64,000 bases of DNA. It comes from a virus. The translations under genes and the position numbers were made by a program. The notes below the pieces were generated by a model that made no database searches, was not told the origin of the DNA, and saw nothing but the letters and a program-made list of their open reading frames with translations. Below are positions 1-10,531 of this stretch, piece after piece. Positions within the stretch are counted from its first letter, which is position 1. Each line of letters begins with the position of its first letter. The stretch lies in IMG/VR virus record IMGVR_UViG_3300046370_000603; one strand, written 5' to 3'.

Positions 1-1
1 T

Positions 2-487
2 TATGCTTGGAGCAAATATCTCTTTGATCGACATGTAAAAAAACATTACCGCGATTCAAATATTTGGATTCAAGGTTTTAGGTACTTTAATGTCTATGGC
101 AATCATGAAGAACATAAAAAAAATCAGGCTTCGCCTATTACAAAGTTTTCCATTCAAGCTCAGCGCGAAAAATCTATAAAACTTTTTGAAAACAGCAATG
201 AATATCTTAGAGATTTTATTTGCGTAAATGATATTTGTAAAATTCACGAAAAAATGCTCCACCAAAATGTTTCTGAAATTTTCAATGTTGGAACTGGCAG
301 CCCAATCTCTTTTGAGCAAGTTGCCAATTTAATTTGTGAAAAATATAATGTCAGTAAAAGTTATATATCTATGCCTGATGACCTCAAAACTCAGTATCAA
401 TCTTACACAAAGGCTGACATCAGTAAACTTTTAAAATATGTTGATATAGAATTTCAAACAGTAGAAGATTACTTAACTCATGGATGA
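2..487 (+). CDS. hldD: ADP-L-glycero-D-manno-heptose 6-epimerase, 5'-truncated by window edge
   Basis: Frame from nt 2 reads YAWSKYLFD...GFRYFNVYGNHEEHK..QASP..RDFI and runs into track ORF 254..487 (FNVGTG..YQSYTKADISKL); typical HldD/RfaD motifs. Confidence 0.85.
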   Translation, partial: YAWSKYLFDRHVKKHYRDSNIWIQGFRYFNVYGNHEEHKKNQASPITKFSIQAQREKSIKLFENSNEYLRDFICVNDICKIHEKMLHQNVSEIFNVGTGSPISFEQVANLICEKYNVSKSYISMPDDLKTQYQSYTKADISKLLKYVDIEFQTVEDYLTHG

Positions 488-715
488 TGACTTTTATATT
501 GGTGGTCCACGAGATTATGATGAGCAAACAGATTCGTTTCGCATTGATCTTGAGAATTTAATTTATAGATATATTGACGAGTATGATATTAATACAATTA
601 CCATGATAGGAGCACTGCAAGAAAAAATAATAGAACTATCAAATGAGGGCAATATCGAATTTGAATCTGATGAAGATTTACTAGAATAATTAAAAGTTTT
701 TTTTATCATATAATT

Positions 716-1117
716 ATGAAAACTATATGGTGTAATGGAACTTTTGATGTCTTACATTCTTCTCACATAAAACTTCTAAAATCAGCTAGGCATTTATCTT
801 GTGGTGGACACGTTATAGTTGGCCTAGATTCTGATTCAAGAGTTTCGGATAAAAAAGGTTCAAAGAGACCTTTTAAAAATTATCATGAGCGTAAAACCAT
901 CCTGGAATCCATCAAATATGTAGATATGGTTTTTGAATTTTACACCGATCTTCAGTTAGAGAATTTAGTTAAAATGGTTTCTCCAGACATCATGCTGCTC
1001 GGAAGTGATTATGAAAATCAAAAAATCATTGGTGCTGATTTTGCTAAAGAAGTTCGTTTTCTAGAGCGAATTGACGATCTTTCAACATCTGCCATCATCA
1101 ATAAAATTAAATCATGA
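716..1117 (+). CDS. HldE domain II-like heptose-1-phosphate adenylyltransferase / cytidylyltransferase family
   Basis: NGTFDVLHSSH (GxFDxxHxGH-like), VGLDSD..KG..RP, ER..L...VD.V, GSDY, STS motifs. Confidence 0.8.
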   Translation: MKTIWCNGTFDVLHSSHIKLLKSARHLSCGGHVIVGLDSDSRVSDKKGSKRPFKNYHERKTILESIKYVDMVFEFYTDLQLENLVKMVSPDIMLLGSDYENQKIIGADFAKEVRFLERIDDLSTSAIINKIKS

Positions 1118-2319
1118 GTGAACAACAAGCATTTGATTTTTGTATAATTGGAGCTGGTATAGTAGGACTTTCTACCGCTTACAACATTCGCAAAAAATTC
1201 CCCAATGCTAAAATTGCTATTATAGAAAAAGAAAAAACTTTTGCCCTACATCAAACGGGTAGAAATTCTGGTGTTATCCATTCTGGAATTTATTACAAGC
1301 CAAACTCTCAAAAAGCTTTAAATTGTAGGTCTGGTAAAAAAATTCTAGAAAAATTTTGTTTAGATCATGATATTAATTTTGAACTTTGCGGAAAAGTTAT
1401 TGTAGCTACAGATAAGAAAGAGTTACCAAAACTAAAAGAGTTATATTCCAGAGGATTGTCTAATGGAGTTGACTGCGAATTAATCTCTAAAAATAGATTA
1501 CTAGAAATTGAACCCCATGCAAAAGGTGTAGAAGCTATTCACGTTAAAGAATGCGGAATTATTGACTATACAGCTGTTTGCAAAAAGTTAACTTCTTTAA
1601 TAAAAAATTCTGAATACGATCAATTTTTTTATAATTTTGAGGTCACAAAAATTAAAAAATTAAAAAACAAACAGATCCTGATTCAGTCCAAAGATTCAGA
1701 AATTCTATCTCAAACAGTCGTCAACTGCGCAGGGCTTTATTCTGACAAAATTGCTAAAATTTCTGGAGCGAATCCTTCTTTAAAAATAATACCATTTAAA
1801 GGTGAATATTTTAAACTTAAAAAATCCTCTCAACATCTTTGCAAAAATTTAATTTACCCAGTACCTGATCCTAAATTCCCTTTTCTTGGTGTGCATTTTA
1901 CCAGAGGTATAGATGGCTCTGTCGAGTGTGGTCCTAATGCCGTTTTTTCTTTTGGAAAAGAATCTTATAAAAAATTTGATGTCAATCTTTTTGAAGCTTT
2001 GGATTCAATCTGTTATCCAGGGTTCTTGAAAATGGCTTCGCAACATTGGAAAATGGGCTTGGGAGAAATCTATAGATCTTTTAATAAATTAGCTTTTACA
2101 AAAGCTTTACAAAGACTTGTGCCAGAAATTCAATCTAAAGATATGATATCTTCTCCATCAGGCATAAGAGCTCAAGCAATTGACTCCTCTGGGAATTTAA
2201 TTGATGATTTTGTGATTGAAACTGAAGGTTCAATAGTTAATGTTTGCAATGCGCCTTCGCCAGCAGCAACATCTTGTTTTGGAATAGCTGACACCATCGT
2301 CTCAAAACTGTATTTATAA
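1114..2319 (+). CDS. lhgO: L-2-hydroxyglutarate oxidase (FAD-dependent)
   Basis: IIGAGIVG, HQTGRNSGVIHSGIYY, IYPVPDP.FPFLGVHFT, GIRAQA, NAPSPAATS. Confidence 0.9.
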   Translation: MSEQQAFDFCIIGAGIVGLSTAYNIRKKFPNAKIAIIEKEKTFALHQTGRNSGVIHSGIYYKPNSQKALNCRSGKKILEKFCLDHDINFELCGKVIVATDKKELPKLKELYSRGLSNGVDCELISKNRLLEIEPHAKGVEAIHVKECGIIDYTAVCKKLTSLIKNSEYDQFFYNFEVTKIKKLKNKQILIQSKDSEILSQTVVNCAGLYSDKIAKISGANPSLKIIPFKGEYFKLKKSSQHLCKNLIYPVPDPKFPFLGVHFTRGIDGSVECGPNAVFSFGKESYKKFDVNLFEALDSICYPGFLKMASQHWKMGLGEIYRSFNKLAFTKALQRLVPEIQSKDMISSPSGIRAQAIDSSGNLIDDFVIETEGSIVNVCNAPSPAATSCFGIADTIVSKLYL

Positions 2320-2362
2320 AAAAAATTACAACGCAAAAAAAATAAAGTGGACTATAATATTT

Positions 2363-3274
2363 ATGAAAAATAATAAAATTAAAAAATGCTTAGTTACAGG
2401 TGGGGCTGGATTCATTGGCTCACATATAGTTGAACAATTACTTGACTTAAATTATCAAGTTGTTGTTGTAGATAACGAATCTTCTGATGCTAATGAAGTA
2501 TTTAATTGGCGCGATGATACAGAAAATTATAAAGTAGATATTTGCGACTTTGAACATTTTTCACCTTTATGTAAAGATGTTGATGTTATTTTTCATCTTG
2601 CTGCAGAAGCTAGGATTCAACCAACATTAAAAGACCCCATTTTAGCTACAAAAACAAATGTTTTAGGTACTTGTTCCGTTCTTCAAGCGGCTAGGGATAA
2701 TAATGTAAAAAGAGTCATTTACAGCTCTACTTCAGCCGCATATGGCTTAAAAAATGAATGCCCATTGAACGAAGACATGCCAAAAGATTGTTTAAATCCG
2801 TATTCTGTAACAAAAACTGCTGGTGAAGAATTATGTAAAATGTATACAGATTTATTTGGCCTCGAAACAGTTTCATTTCGTTATTTTAATGTCTACGGAG
2901 AGCGACAGCCTCTTAAAGGTCAATACGCTCCAGTAATTGGAATCTTTCTTCGTCAAAAAAATGCTGGAGAACCGATGACTGTAGTAGGAGACGGAACTCA
3001 AAAACGAGATTTTACATACGTGGGAGATATAGCTAGAGCTAATGTTCTAGCTTCCAACCTTGAGAACAAGGAAGTCGTTGGTCAACTAATAAATTTAGGC
3101 ACAGGTTTAAATCATTCTGTTCTAGAAATAAAAGATTTAATTGGAGGTGACTTTATTCATATTGAAGCTCGACTGGGCGAATCAAAAGAGACCTTAGCTG
3201 ATAATAGTAAAGCTAAAAATATTTTACACTGGGAACCAACTCAAAAGCTAGAAGATTGGATAGATAAACAATAG
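2363..3274 (+). CDS. NAD-dependent nucleotide-sugar epimerase/dehydratase (extended SDR)
   Basis: VTGGAGFIGSH, YSVTK (YxxxK), RYFNVYG, GDGTQKRDFTYV. Confidence 0.92.
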   Translation: MKNNKIKKCLVTGGAGFIGSHIVEQLLDLNYQVVVVDNESSDANEVFNWRDDTENYKVDICDFEHFSPLCKDVDVIFHLAAEARIQPTLKDPILATKTNVLGTCSVLQAARDNNVKRVIYSSTSAAYGLKNECPLNEDMPKDCLNPYSVTKTAGEELCKMYTDLFGLETVSFRYFNVYGERQPLKGQYAPVIGIFLRQKNAGEPMTVVGDGTQKRDFTYVGDIARANVLASNLENKEVVGQLINLGTGLNHSVLEIKDLIGGDFIHIEARLGESKETLADNSKAKNILHWEPTQKLEDWIDKQ

Positions 3275-3305
3275 TTTTTTGTGTAATATTCTTTGTGGAC
3301 ATTAA

Positions 3306-4700
3306 ATGGAATTATTAAAAAACATTAATATTAAACTTAGGACCGCTAGATCTGGAGATCCAGCGTTAGAAGCGGGCGAGGTACTAACTCTAGAATTTAT
3401 TAAAAAATACTTATATAAAAACATTTTTATGGCGCCAAGAGCATGGGCCGAACGCAATGCTTGGTTTTTTAAAAATACTGAAAAGATACCAAGCGTTGGT
3501 AGACCTCCTTCCATAATAGAAATAGAAAGAGAAGGAAAAAAACTCTTTCTTTATGATTTGTTTTGTAGTGCAACTGAAGTTTTTGGTTGTTCTGATTCTG
3601 ATTTTAAGAACCATGGAATGAATCAACATATGTTTCCCCGTGATTACCCACATTACCAAAATTACACTGCTGATCATGCTTTTATATCTAATCCACCTAG
3701 AGCTGGAGTTCCAATAGATTCTACTTTTCGTGATTGGTTTCATTTTGTAGACCTTGAAACTTTATCTGAAGTTGATCCACCTGAAGAATCCTTAAGTTTT
3801 TTTGGGCCCTTGATCTCTGAGATATGGGATTGGTGCGCTACAGGTAATACGTTTCCAGGTTACGCAAGAGACATAAATGTAGAGCCAGAAGGGGTAATCT
3901 ATTATACCCATCTCGGCCTTGGAGATGAGATTATATGCTTTGGATTAATTAATCATTTATCAGAAATATACGATAAAGTCATAGTTGCCTCTCATAAACA
4001 TAATAAAGATCAACTCGATTATTTCTTCCAAGAAAATCCAAAAGTTGAATTCGCCTCCGTCTCTGGCTCTGGCAATCGCCATTGGAAACAGGGAGCCTTA
4101 CAACTTGTAAGAGATCATCCTAATTTTAAACCTGTAATCTCAGGAGATGTAAATAATTTGGTTCAGTTGGGGCAAAACTTCAGTTATGGATTTTATCATT
4201 TTCACCAATTGAGTTATTCATTATCTCTTTCAAAATTTAAACCCCCAGCTGAAGATGAGCGTCAAACAGCTCTTGCTGATCATTTAAAAAAATTATATAA
4301 TATTACTGGCGATTATGCAATTTGCAGCGCAGAATGGTCCAAAAATAAAAACCCTGTTAACTTATTAGATGTTGATTTAAAAGGGCACACTTGCGATTAC
4401 CCACTTATCTACATCAAACAAGAAGAAAACATTTTCAGCAATATGTTTTTGCTCAAAAAATTAGTGCTTGAAGCGAAGCAAGTTTTCTTTATTGACAGCG
4501 CTTTTGCTCATTTTTTAGAGCGCATTGGGTATACAGGAGAAGCTTATTTAGTTCGATCTTTAAAAGGAAAACCTTATAGCCTTTTAACTGAAGTGAAACG
4601 TCATGAATCATCTGAAAAAAGTGAAAATTGCTGCTTTTGCGGAGGTCGCTTTAAAGACTATTGGAATGATTTGGCTCTTTTAGATGTTACAGTAATCTAA
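3306..4700 (+). CDS. Putative glycosyltransferase-like protein (GT-B-like C-terminal half)
   Basis: HLGLGDEII and FIDSAFAH motifs resemble GT9-like proteins; glycan-gene context. Confidence 0.45.
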   Translation: MELLKNINIKLRTARSGDPALEAGEVLTLEFIKKYLYKNIFMAPRAWAERNAWFFKNTEKIPSVGRPPSIIEIEREGKKLFLYDLFCSATEVFGCSDSDFKNHGMNQHMFPRDYPHYQNYTADHAFISNPPRAGVPIDSTFRDWFHFVDLETLSEVDPPEESLSFFGPLISEIWDWCATGNTFPGYARDINVEPEGVIYYTHLGLGDEIICFGLINHLSEIYDKVIVASHKHNKDQLDYFFQENPKVEFASVSGSGNRHWKQGALQLVRDHPNFKPVISGDVNNLVQLGQNFSYGFYHFHQLSYSLSLSKFKPPAEDERQTALADHLKKLYNITGDYAICSAEWSKNKNPVNLLDVDLKGHTCDYPLIYIKQEENIFSNMFLLKKLVLEAKQVFFIDSAFAHFLERIGYTGEAYLVRSLKGKPYSLLTEVKRHESSEKSENCCFCGGRFKDYWNDLALLDVTVI

Positions 4701-4719
4701 ATCCAGTGTATATATTTTT

Positions 4720-5070
4720 ATGAGCGATTTACACATACCGCATTTAAATTCTTCTGATTTAGCTGTTTTTTTCCTTTCTATTTATAAATATAAAAAAGTT
4801 GATACTTTAATTGATCTTTGCGCAGATAATATTATTTATAGAGACAATTTTCATAAATTGGGGGGGAAAAATAATTTTAAAACATTTTTAAAACATTTTT
4901 TTGAAGAAGAATTCGATTTTAATTTTACAAGCACAATTCACCAAGAAGAAGATTCTCTATCAGATTTTACTTTTAAGGTTGCAGGAAATACACATAAAGG
5001 TCAAGTTTTGCTGCATTTTAATGAAAACCGAAAAGTAACTCTGGCGTGGTTTCATTTCATTTTTGAATGA
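4720..5070 (+). CDS. SnoaL/NTF2-like small protein
   Basis: Size and L.ADNIIYRD...G pattern. Confidence 0.4.
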   Translation: MSDLHIPHLNSSDLAVFFLSIYKYKKVDTLIDLCADNIIYRDNFHKLGGKNNFKTFLKHFFEEEFDFNFTSTIHQEEDSLSDFTFKVAGNTHKGQVLLHFNENRKVTLAWFHFIFE

Positions 5071-6275
5071 ACCCTATTTTTGAAAACTTTAAAATTCAAC
5101 ATCTTAAAGATGTGTTTTTTTATAAAGGAAATTATTACTCAAGTGAGAAACTCCTTGAAAATGTTTCGCTTCATCCACAAGACTATGTTCCATTTCACAC
5201 GCTTCCTATTTCAGATTTAACTAATTTAGTTGGAGCAGAAAAATTAAAAGAAGCTAAAACAGAGCCCAGACCAATTGTGTGTCTAAATAATTTTCATGGA
5301 AATCCTGGTCATAATTTATGGGATTGTATGTATTCTAGTTGGTATTCGCTTTTTTATTTTATGCCAGATTCCGCCAAGGAAGATGATTTTATTTGGCTAG
5401 TTTCTCCAAGCATGTGGAGTCATTATCGTAAGTGGCCCATGGAACTTTTAAAACGTTTTTGTGGAGATTCAGTGAAGTCTAGTTGGCATTTGGTAGAAAA
5501 TGACATCGCTCCTCATTCAGCTCAATCTGAAATTATTTTAAAAATCCCAAATTTAATTATAGGATGCGCTGTCGGCATTGGCTGCATAGAAAAAAACTTC
5601 TGCAGCCGAAAACAGCTAAAAGCACACACACAAGATCCTGTTGATATTTTTGTTGATAGACTTTATGATCGTTATAATATCACGCGCAATAAAGATGTTG
5701 GCAAAAACAATACAATATACTACATAGCTAATAAAAGACCCTATCATGGCGTAGAAAATTTATTTGCCGCTTTAAATAAAAAATATTTAAATAAATTTAA
5801 TTTTCAAATCATCGATTTATCTCAACATAACTTTGAAAGTCAACTAAATATAGCCAATTCTGCTAAAATTATAATTTGTGGCGTTGGAACCGCACGGGCC
5901 AACAGTCCATTTTTACCGCATGGAGGCTTAGAAATTCAAACTGGCACTTTTGGCGGGGGAAATATGATGGATGAACACATCGGAACACTATCTTCCTTCA
6001 TAAAAGTTCTGCATGTTCAAGACCTTACCTCTCGATATAACGATCAAGAAATTGTCTCTAAAAACGCTATTGAAAAACTTCAATCCTCAATTGAACAGTG
6101 CCTAAATTATACTTTTGAGTACCCTATTGAAAACCGTGAATCTAATTTGCCAGCTATCGTTCAAAAATATATTAACCATCCTTTGATTGAACAGTTTTAT
6201 GAAAATTTTGTTCGTGCAAAAAAAACCAACTCATACGTATTAATATCTAATATCATTAATAATGAAAAAGTTTAA
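5067..6275 (+). CDS. Putative GT61-like glycosyltransferase
   Basis: NPGHNLWD and FESQLNIANSAKIIICGVGTARANSPFLP.GG..I motifs. Confidence 0.55.
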   Translation: MNPIFENFKIQHLKDVFFYKGNYYSSEKLLENVSLHPQDYVPFHTLPISDLTNLVGAEKLKEAKTEPRPIVCLNNFHGNPGHNLWDCMYSSWYSLFYFMPDSAKEDDFIWLVSPSMWSHYRKWPMELLKRFCGDSVKSSWHLVENDIAPHSAQSEIILKIPNLIIGCAVGIGCIEKNFCSRKQLKAHTQDPVDIFVDRLYDRYNITRNKDVGKNNTIYYIANKRPYHGVENLFAALNKKYLNKFNFQIIDLSQHNFESQLNIANSAKIIICGVGTARANSPFLPHGGLEIQTGTFGGGNMMDEHIGTLSSFIKVLHVQDLTSRYNDQEIVSKNAIEKLQSSIEQCLNYTFEYPIENRESNLPAIVQKYINHPLIEQFYENFVRAKKTNSYVLISNIINNEKV

Positions 6276-6993
6276 AATATTAAATCCTATTCTTGGAGCG
6301 AAAAGCTTAAAATATCAACAAGCTAAAGAAATCTGCCAGCGAACTTGGTTAAAAAAAACTGACGACGATGTTTTTTCTTTTTTTTATGAGGGTGACTACT
6401 CCGAAGATAACTTTTTCATTGATACGCTCCAACTTGAAACGGCAGATGCCTTAAGCTCTTCAATTTTTAAAACTCTAGATTGTTTTAAATATTGTTTAGC
6501 TAATTTTGATTTTGATTATATTTATCGTTCGTGTTTAAGCACTTATATAAATCTTCCCGCTCTTAAAAATTTTGCCGAGACTTTACCTATTTCTAATTTT
6601 TATGGAGGCTTCGTCGGCAGACATCGCGTAGCTGATTTTGCCGCTGGATATGGATACTGGATCTCCAAAGATTTGGTTAAACTTTTAGTTGCTCTGTACG
6701 AAGAAAAAATTATTGACAAACAATTAGTTATAGATGATGTTGATGTAGGTTTTCATTTGCGCGAGCAAGGAATTTTACCTCAACCTACCATTCAACAAAA
6801 TAAAGGTGGAAGTATTCCTTGGAATATATATAAAAGTTATCTTGCTGGTGACATTTCTTTAGAAGTTTTTTTGCAAAATGTGCCTGACTGTTATTGTCAC
6901 CGCTTAAAACCCGCTGACATACCGAATCCTCCAGAAAATTATTATATCACTCATTTAGAAAAATTAATGGAATCAATTAATCAAAAATATTGA
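6262..6993 (+). CDS. Putative GT31/fringe-like glycosyltransferase
   Basis: FDFDYIYR...TYIN, F.AG.GYWIS.DLV, IDDVDVG motifs. Confidence 0.55.
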   Translation: MKKFKILNPILGAKSLKYQQAKEICQRTWLKKTDDDVFSFFYEGDYSEDNFFIDTLQLETADALSSSIFKTLDCFKYCLANFDFDYIYRSCLSTYINLPALKNFAETLPISNFYGGFVGRHRVADFAAGYGYWISKDLVKLLVALYEEKIIDKQLVIDDVDVGFHLREQGILPQPTIQQNKGGSIPWNIYKSYLAGDISLEVFLQNVPDCYCHRLKPADIPNPPENYYITHLEKLMESINQKY

Positions 6994-7027
6994 CCTTGAT
7001 TTTAATAATGGGTGTATATAACATCAT

Positions 7028-7690
7028 ATGTTAAGCTACACTTCAAATAGTCAAGCAGGTCAAGAAAAATTTGTTTTAAATACTTTAAATCATCCGTTTA
7101 ACGGTTATTTTCTTGAATTCGGAGCTTTAGATCCGCGTGTGTTAAGCAACACTTATTGCCTAGATACAGTATTTAATTGGAAAGGTTTATCCTTTGACTG
7201 CTCAAATCTTCATCTAAAATGGCTAAACGATAGAAAAAATTCCACCTTTATTCATGGTTCCGCTCATAATCACGACTATAAAAATTTATTCTCAGAACAT
7301 TCTGTTCCAAACATAGTGGATTATCTACAAATTGACATAGATCCAGCGATGGGCAATCTTCATTTATTAAAGCAATTAAAGGAAGAAGTGTTTCATGATT
7401 TTAAATTTAAAGTTATAACATATGAACACGATTTTAAAGGTGATACATCTTTGATACCTGCAGTTGAAGAATCTAGAGAAATTTTTAAAAACGCTGGTTA
7501 TGTCCCTGCTTTTCTTAATGTTCATAACCTTGGACCTGGCGATGTTTTCGAAGATTGGTATGTGCATCCCGATTTAGTGAATATGAGTCGAATAAAACAT
7601 TTTCAAACTTTCAATATCAATCAATACGTAAAAAATCCTTACCCTTTCATAGGTAAGAGCATAAAAGGAGCTGAAATAATTTATACTTAA
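7028..7690 (+). CDS. FkbM-like SAM-dependent methyltransferase
   Basis: SQAGQE..GYFLEFGA.D...SNT..L...FNWKGL, DYLQIDID, ITYEHD, FEDWYV. Confidence 0.7.
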   Translation: MLSYTSNSQAGQEKFVLNTLNHPFNGYFLEFGALDPRVLSNTYCLDTVFNWKGLSFDCSNLHLKWLNDRKNSTFIHGSAHNHDYKNLFSEHSVPNIVDYLQIDIDPAMGNLHLLKQLKEEVFHDFKFKVITYEHDFKGDTSLIPAVEESREIFKNAGYVPAFLNVHNLGPGDVFEDWYVHPDLVNMSRIKHFQTFNINQYVKNPYPFIGKSIKGAEIIYT

Positions 7691-7731
7691 TTTTTATTGA
7701 CTTTTGTTTTATATAATGCTATGATTATATC

Positions 7732-9369
7732 ATGCATTACCCAAACACTAAGAACAATGTAAGTAAAATCCTAAACAGAAGAAATGATGGATACAATACC
7801 ATTATATGCAATGCGCCATGCCAAAGCGGTAAAACAGACATTGTTCCATGCCTACAAACAGAGTTTAAAGATAGCGGACTTTTCATTCCTATTGTTAGCG
7901 ACAATCACTTGTATGATGAAAATGAACGAGCGATTAGAGAACAAAATATTCAAGTTAGATGTGAAAAACTAAAAGATACGCTTGATATTTTAGAAAACGG
8001 AGGCTCGATACCCTATTCACCATTTATTGCTTGTGATGAAGTTCATGTTGGGCAAAAAGAATATTCCAGGTTTAACGACTTAATTATTGGTTTAAACAAA
8101 TATTATAAGCAAAAAAATTGGGGACGACCATTTTATATTCTTTTAGGAGCTACGAATTGGCAATTAATGTACGCTCACAATCATGGCACTTTGAGTAAAG
8201 AACTCTTTGGCAGAATTGATGCTTTAGATTTAGAAGTGGGGGAAAATTATTTTGGCGCACAAGAATTTTTAGATCATAAAAATATTATTTTTAAAAATCC
8301 TATTGATGGCATAAATAAACTAGAAAACAATGAGCTTCATCCATTTTTATTAGAAGAGTTAAGCCGCCTAGATTCTGAAGATTTAAAGCAAACTTTCACA
8401 AAAGAAGGTCTCTCAGGATACCCAATAGGTCTTATCAGAGTTGCTAGTTCCGCAGATGATGGCGAGCAATTGGCTCAAAAAATAAATCTTCATTTTAAAG
8501 ATAAAATTCATGCTCTTGCAGTTAACTCCACCGATGGCAAAAAAATTCAAAGCTCTTTCACTAATGCTCTTCGTGAATCATACAATAAACCTACGATTAT
8601 AATAGCCTGTCAAGGCATATCTATGGGAATTAGATTCCCTCTCAAAGAAAAACTCAGAATAGCTTTTGCTATTGAAGACAGAAAAGTTATTTCTTCAGTT
8701 GCTCAATCTTTTCTTGGTAGATTAATGGGGTACAGAGATCCAGAAAACCCTTTTCCAATACCTTGCAATATGTATAATATTGATGAAAATCTTGTTCAAT
8801 TTTTGGCGAATTTTGACATAGATTCTGCTTCCTTAAATGACAAAGCCATAGAAGATCTCCCGTTTATTCAAGAATCAGTAGCTATAGCTACTCATATGAA
8901 CGCTAAATTTTCTAGAAAATATACTAGAAGTGTTTTACATTATGATATTATTCCTAACAATATTAAGTTAGATGAAGAAATTAGAAAATACTATGAAGAA
9001 AAATATAAAGACAAATTATTAATGGCAACGAGTCCTACTTTTTCTCATGAAAAATACGAAAATTCATATCAAAATGATATACAAAAAGTCCTTCGAGAGG
9101 AAGGTGAAAAAGGCGGGGGGAATCGTTTAACTCGCTTTCATAATCCAAACGCTCAAAATAAAAACTTTCCTGAAAGCAAAAAAGAATTAAGGAATGCACT
9201 AGAAAGCCCAAACCATAGTTTGACAAGAAAAATTTTAGAAGATTTAGATGTTACCCCCGAACAACTTTTGGCAGCTTTTGACGAAGGCAGGTTAATTAGG
9301 ATTAAAATTACATATCCTGATGATAGAGTCGATGTAGAGATTAACAATAATGTTTTTTGCGAACAATGA
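7732..9369 (+). CDS. Divergent SF2 helicase/ATPase-like protein
   Basis: Walker A APCQSGKT, DEVH box, GAT motif III, QSFLGRLMGY motif VI-like. Confidence 0.55.
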   Translation: MHYPNTKNNVSKILNRRNDGYNTIICNAPCQSGKTDIVPCLQTEFKDSGLFIPIVSDNHLYDENERAIREQNIQVRCEKLKDTLDILENGGSIPYSPFIACDEVHVGQKEYSRFNDLIIGLNKYYKQKNWGRPFYILLGATNWQLMYAHNHGTLSKELFGRIDALDLEVGENYFGAQEFLDHKNIIFKNPIDGINKLENNELHPFLLEELSRLDSEDLKQTFTKEGLSGYPIGLIRVASSADDGEQLAQKINLHFKDKIHALAVNSTDGKKIQSSFTNALRESYNKPTIIIACQGISMGIRFPLKEKLRIAFAIEDRKVISSVAQSFLGRLMGYRDPENPFPIPCNMYNIDENLVQFLANFDIDSASLNDKAIEDLPFIQESVAIATHMNAKFSRKYTRSVLHYDIIPNNIKLDEEIRKYYEEKYKDKLLMATSPTFSHEKYENSYQNDIQKVLREEGEKGGGNRLTRFHNPNAQNKNFPESKKELRNALESPNHSLTRKILEDLDVTPEQLLAAFDEGRLIRIKITYPDDRVDVEINNNVFCEQ

Positions 9370-10531
9370 AAATAAATAAAAAACTAAAAAACGTAGAGTT
9401 TGAATACGATGAAGAAACAAAAACTTTTACAATTATGGAAGCTGATGGATTCAATGGTTACATCCAATTAAATAAGGTTTACGCTTTTGCATTTATGCGT
9501 TTCGTTGTTCGCATGGCTCAAAGAAATTGGCTTCGGCAAAAAAAACTTTCTCCAAGCGAGACTAAAACTTCCCTTCCCGCTAATAATCAACTGGAAATGT
9601 TTGAGGGATAATTTACAATATAATCATGAGAAATAATAAAATAAAAAGTTCAAATTTAATTTATGCAAGCGAAGATGAAGAATTCTTCTGGGAAAAAGAC
9701 GATAGCGTAGTTGAAGAAGGTATTGCTGTCGGATATGAAGTAGAGAGAGAAGAAACTCTTTTTGATGCTCATACTATTGACTTAGTTTTATTTGAAGATA
9801 TTTATCATGAATTCAAAGAAGAAATATTCTGATCCTCAATTATTTGAATATAGAGTTAAATACAATGCTGGAGCAGGGCACTCAGCCTTAGATAGCTTCC
9901 ATTATTACACTGCTGAATCTGCTGAGCAAGCTTTAAGCTATCATAATGCTATGATGAAAAAAAATAACTTTAGAAGTCAAACTATTTCAATTGAGAAAAA
10001 AAATCCTTATGCTAATCGCTGGGAAGATGAGAGTAATTGCATAAACAGCGATGAAGTCTAGTCAAATAATTTATTCTGAACATGATTACGATGAATGCTT
10101 TGAATTTATCGATGGCAGTGGTAGAGTTCCCGAAGGAACAGCTGTGGGCTACGAAGTTAAATCTAATTCTCCAAAACAAATCCTTATATTATTTGATGAT
10201 ATAAAATACAGTAAATACAACCACGATTATTGGAATAATTTAGAATTAGAAAATGATTCCGATAGACTAATTTTACCATGATAGCTTTTAATAAAGACCT
10301 TAACAATGATTCTGATCCCCTTAAAAAATTAGAAGATATATTATATAAGATATATAAAGAACTTGATTCTGAAGAAGTTTGTGAAGAAGATGTTGATTTT
10401 GAAAATACTAATCTATCTGAATTACTTGAGATAGTTTATTTTCATTTGTTTACCGAACATTACTCGGAAATTGATTTATCAATTAAAAAAGAAAATAATA
10501 ACTCTTTAAGTATAAAAATAAATGATTTAAA

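Noticed and set aside
1-7690. Bacterial chromosome or prophage-host junction
   Set aside because: Same composition and GTGTA motif as the portal region; no integrase, att site or housekeeping genes.
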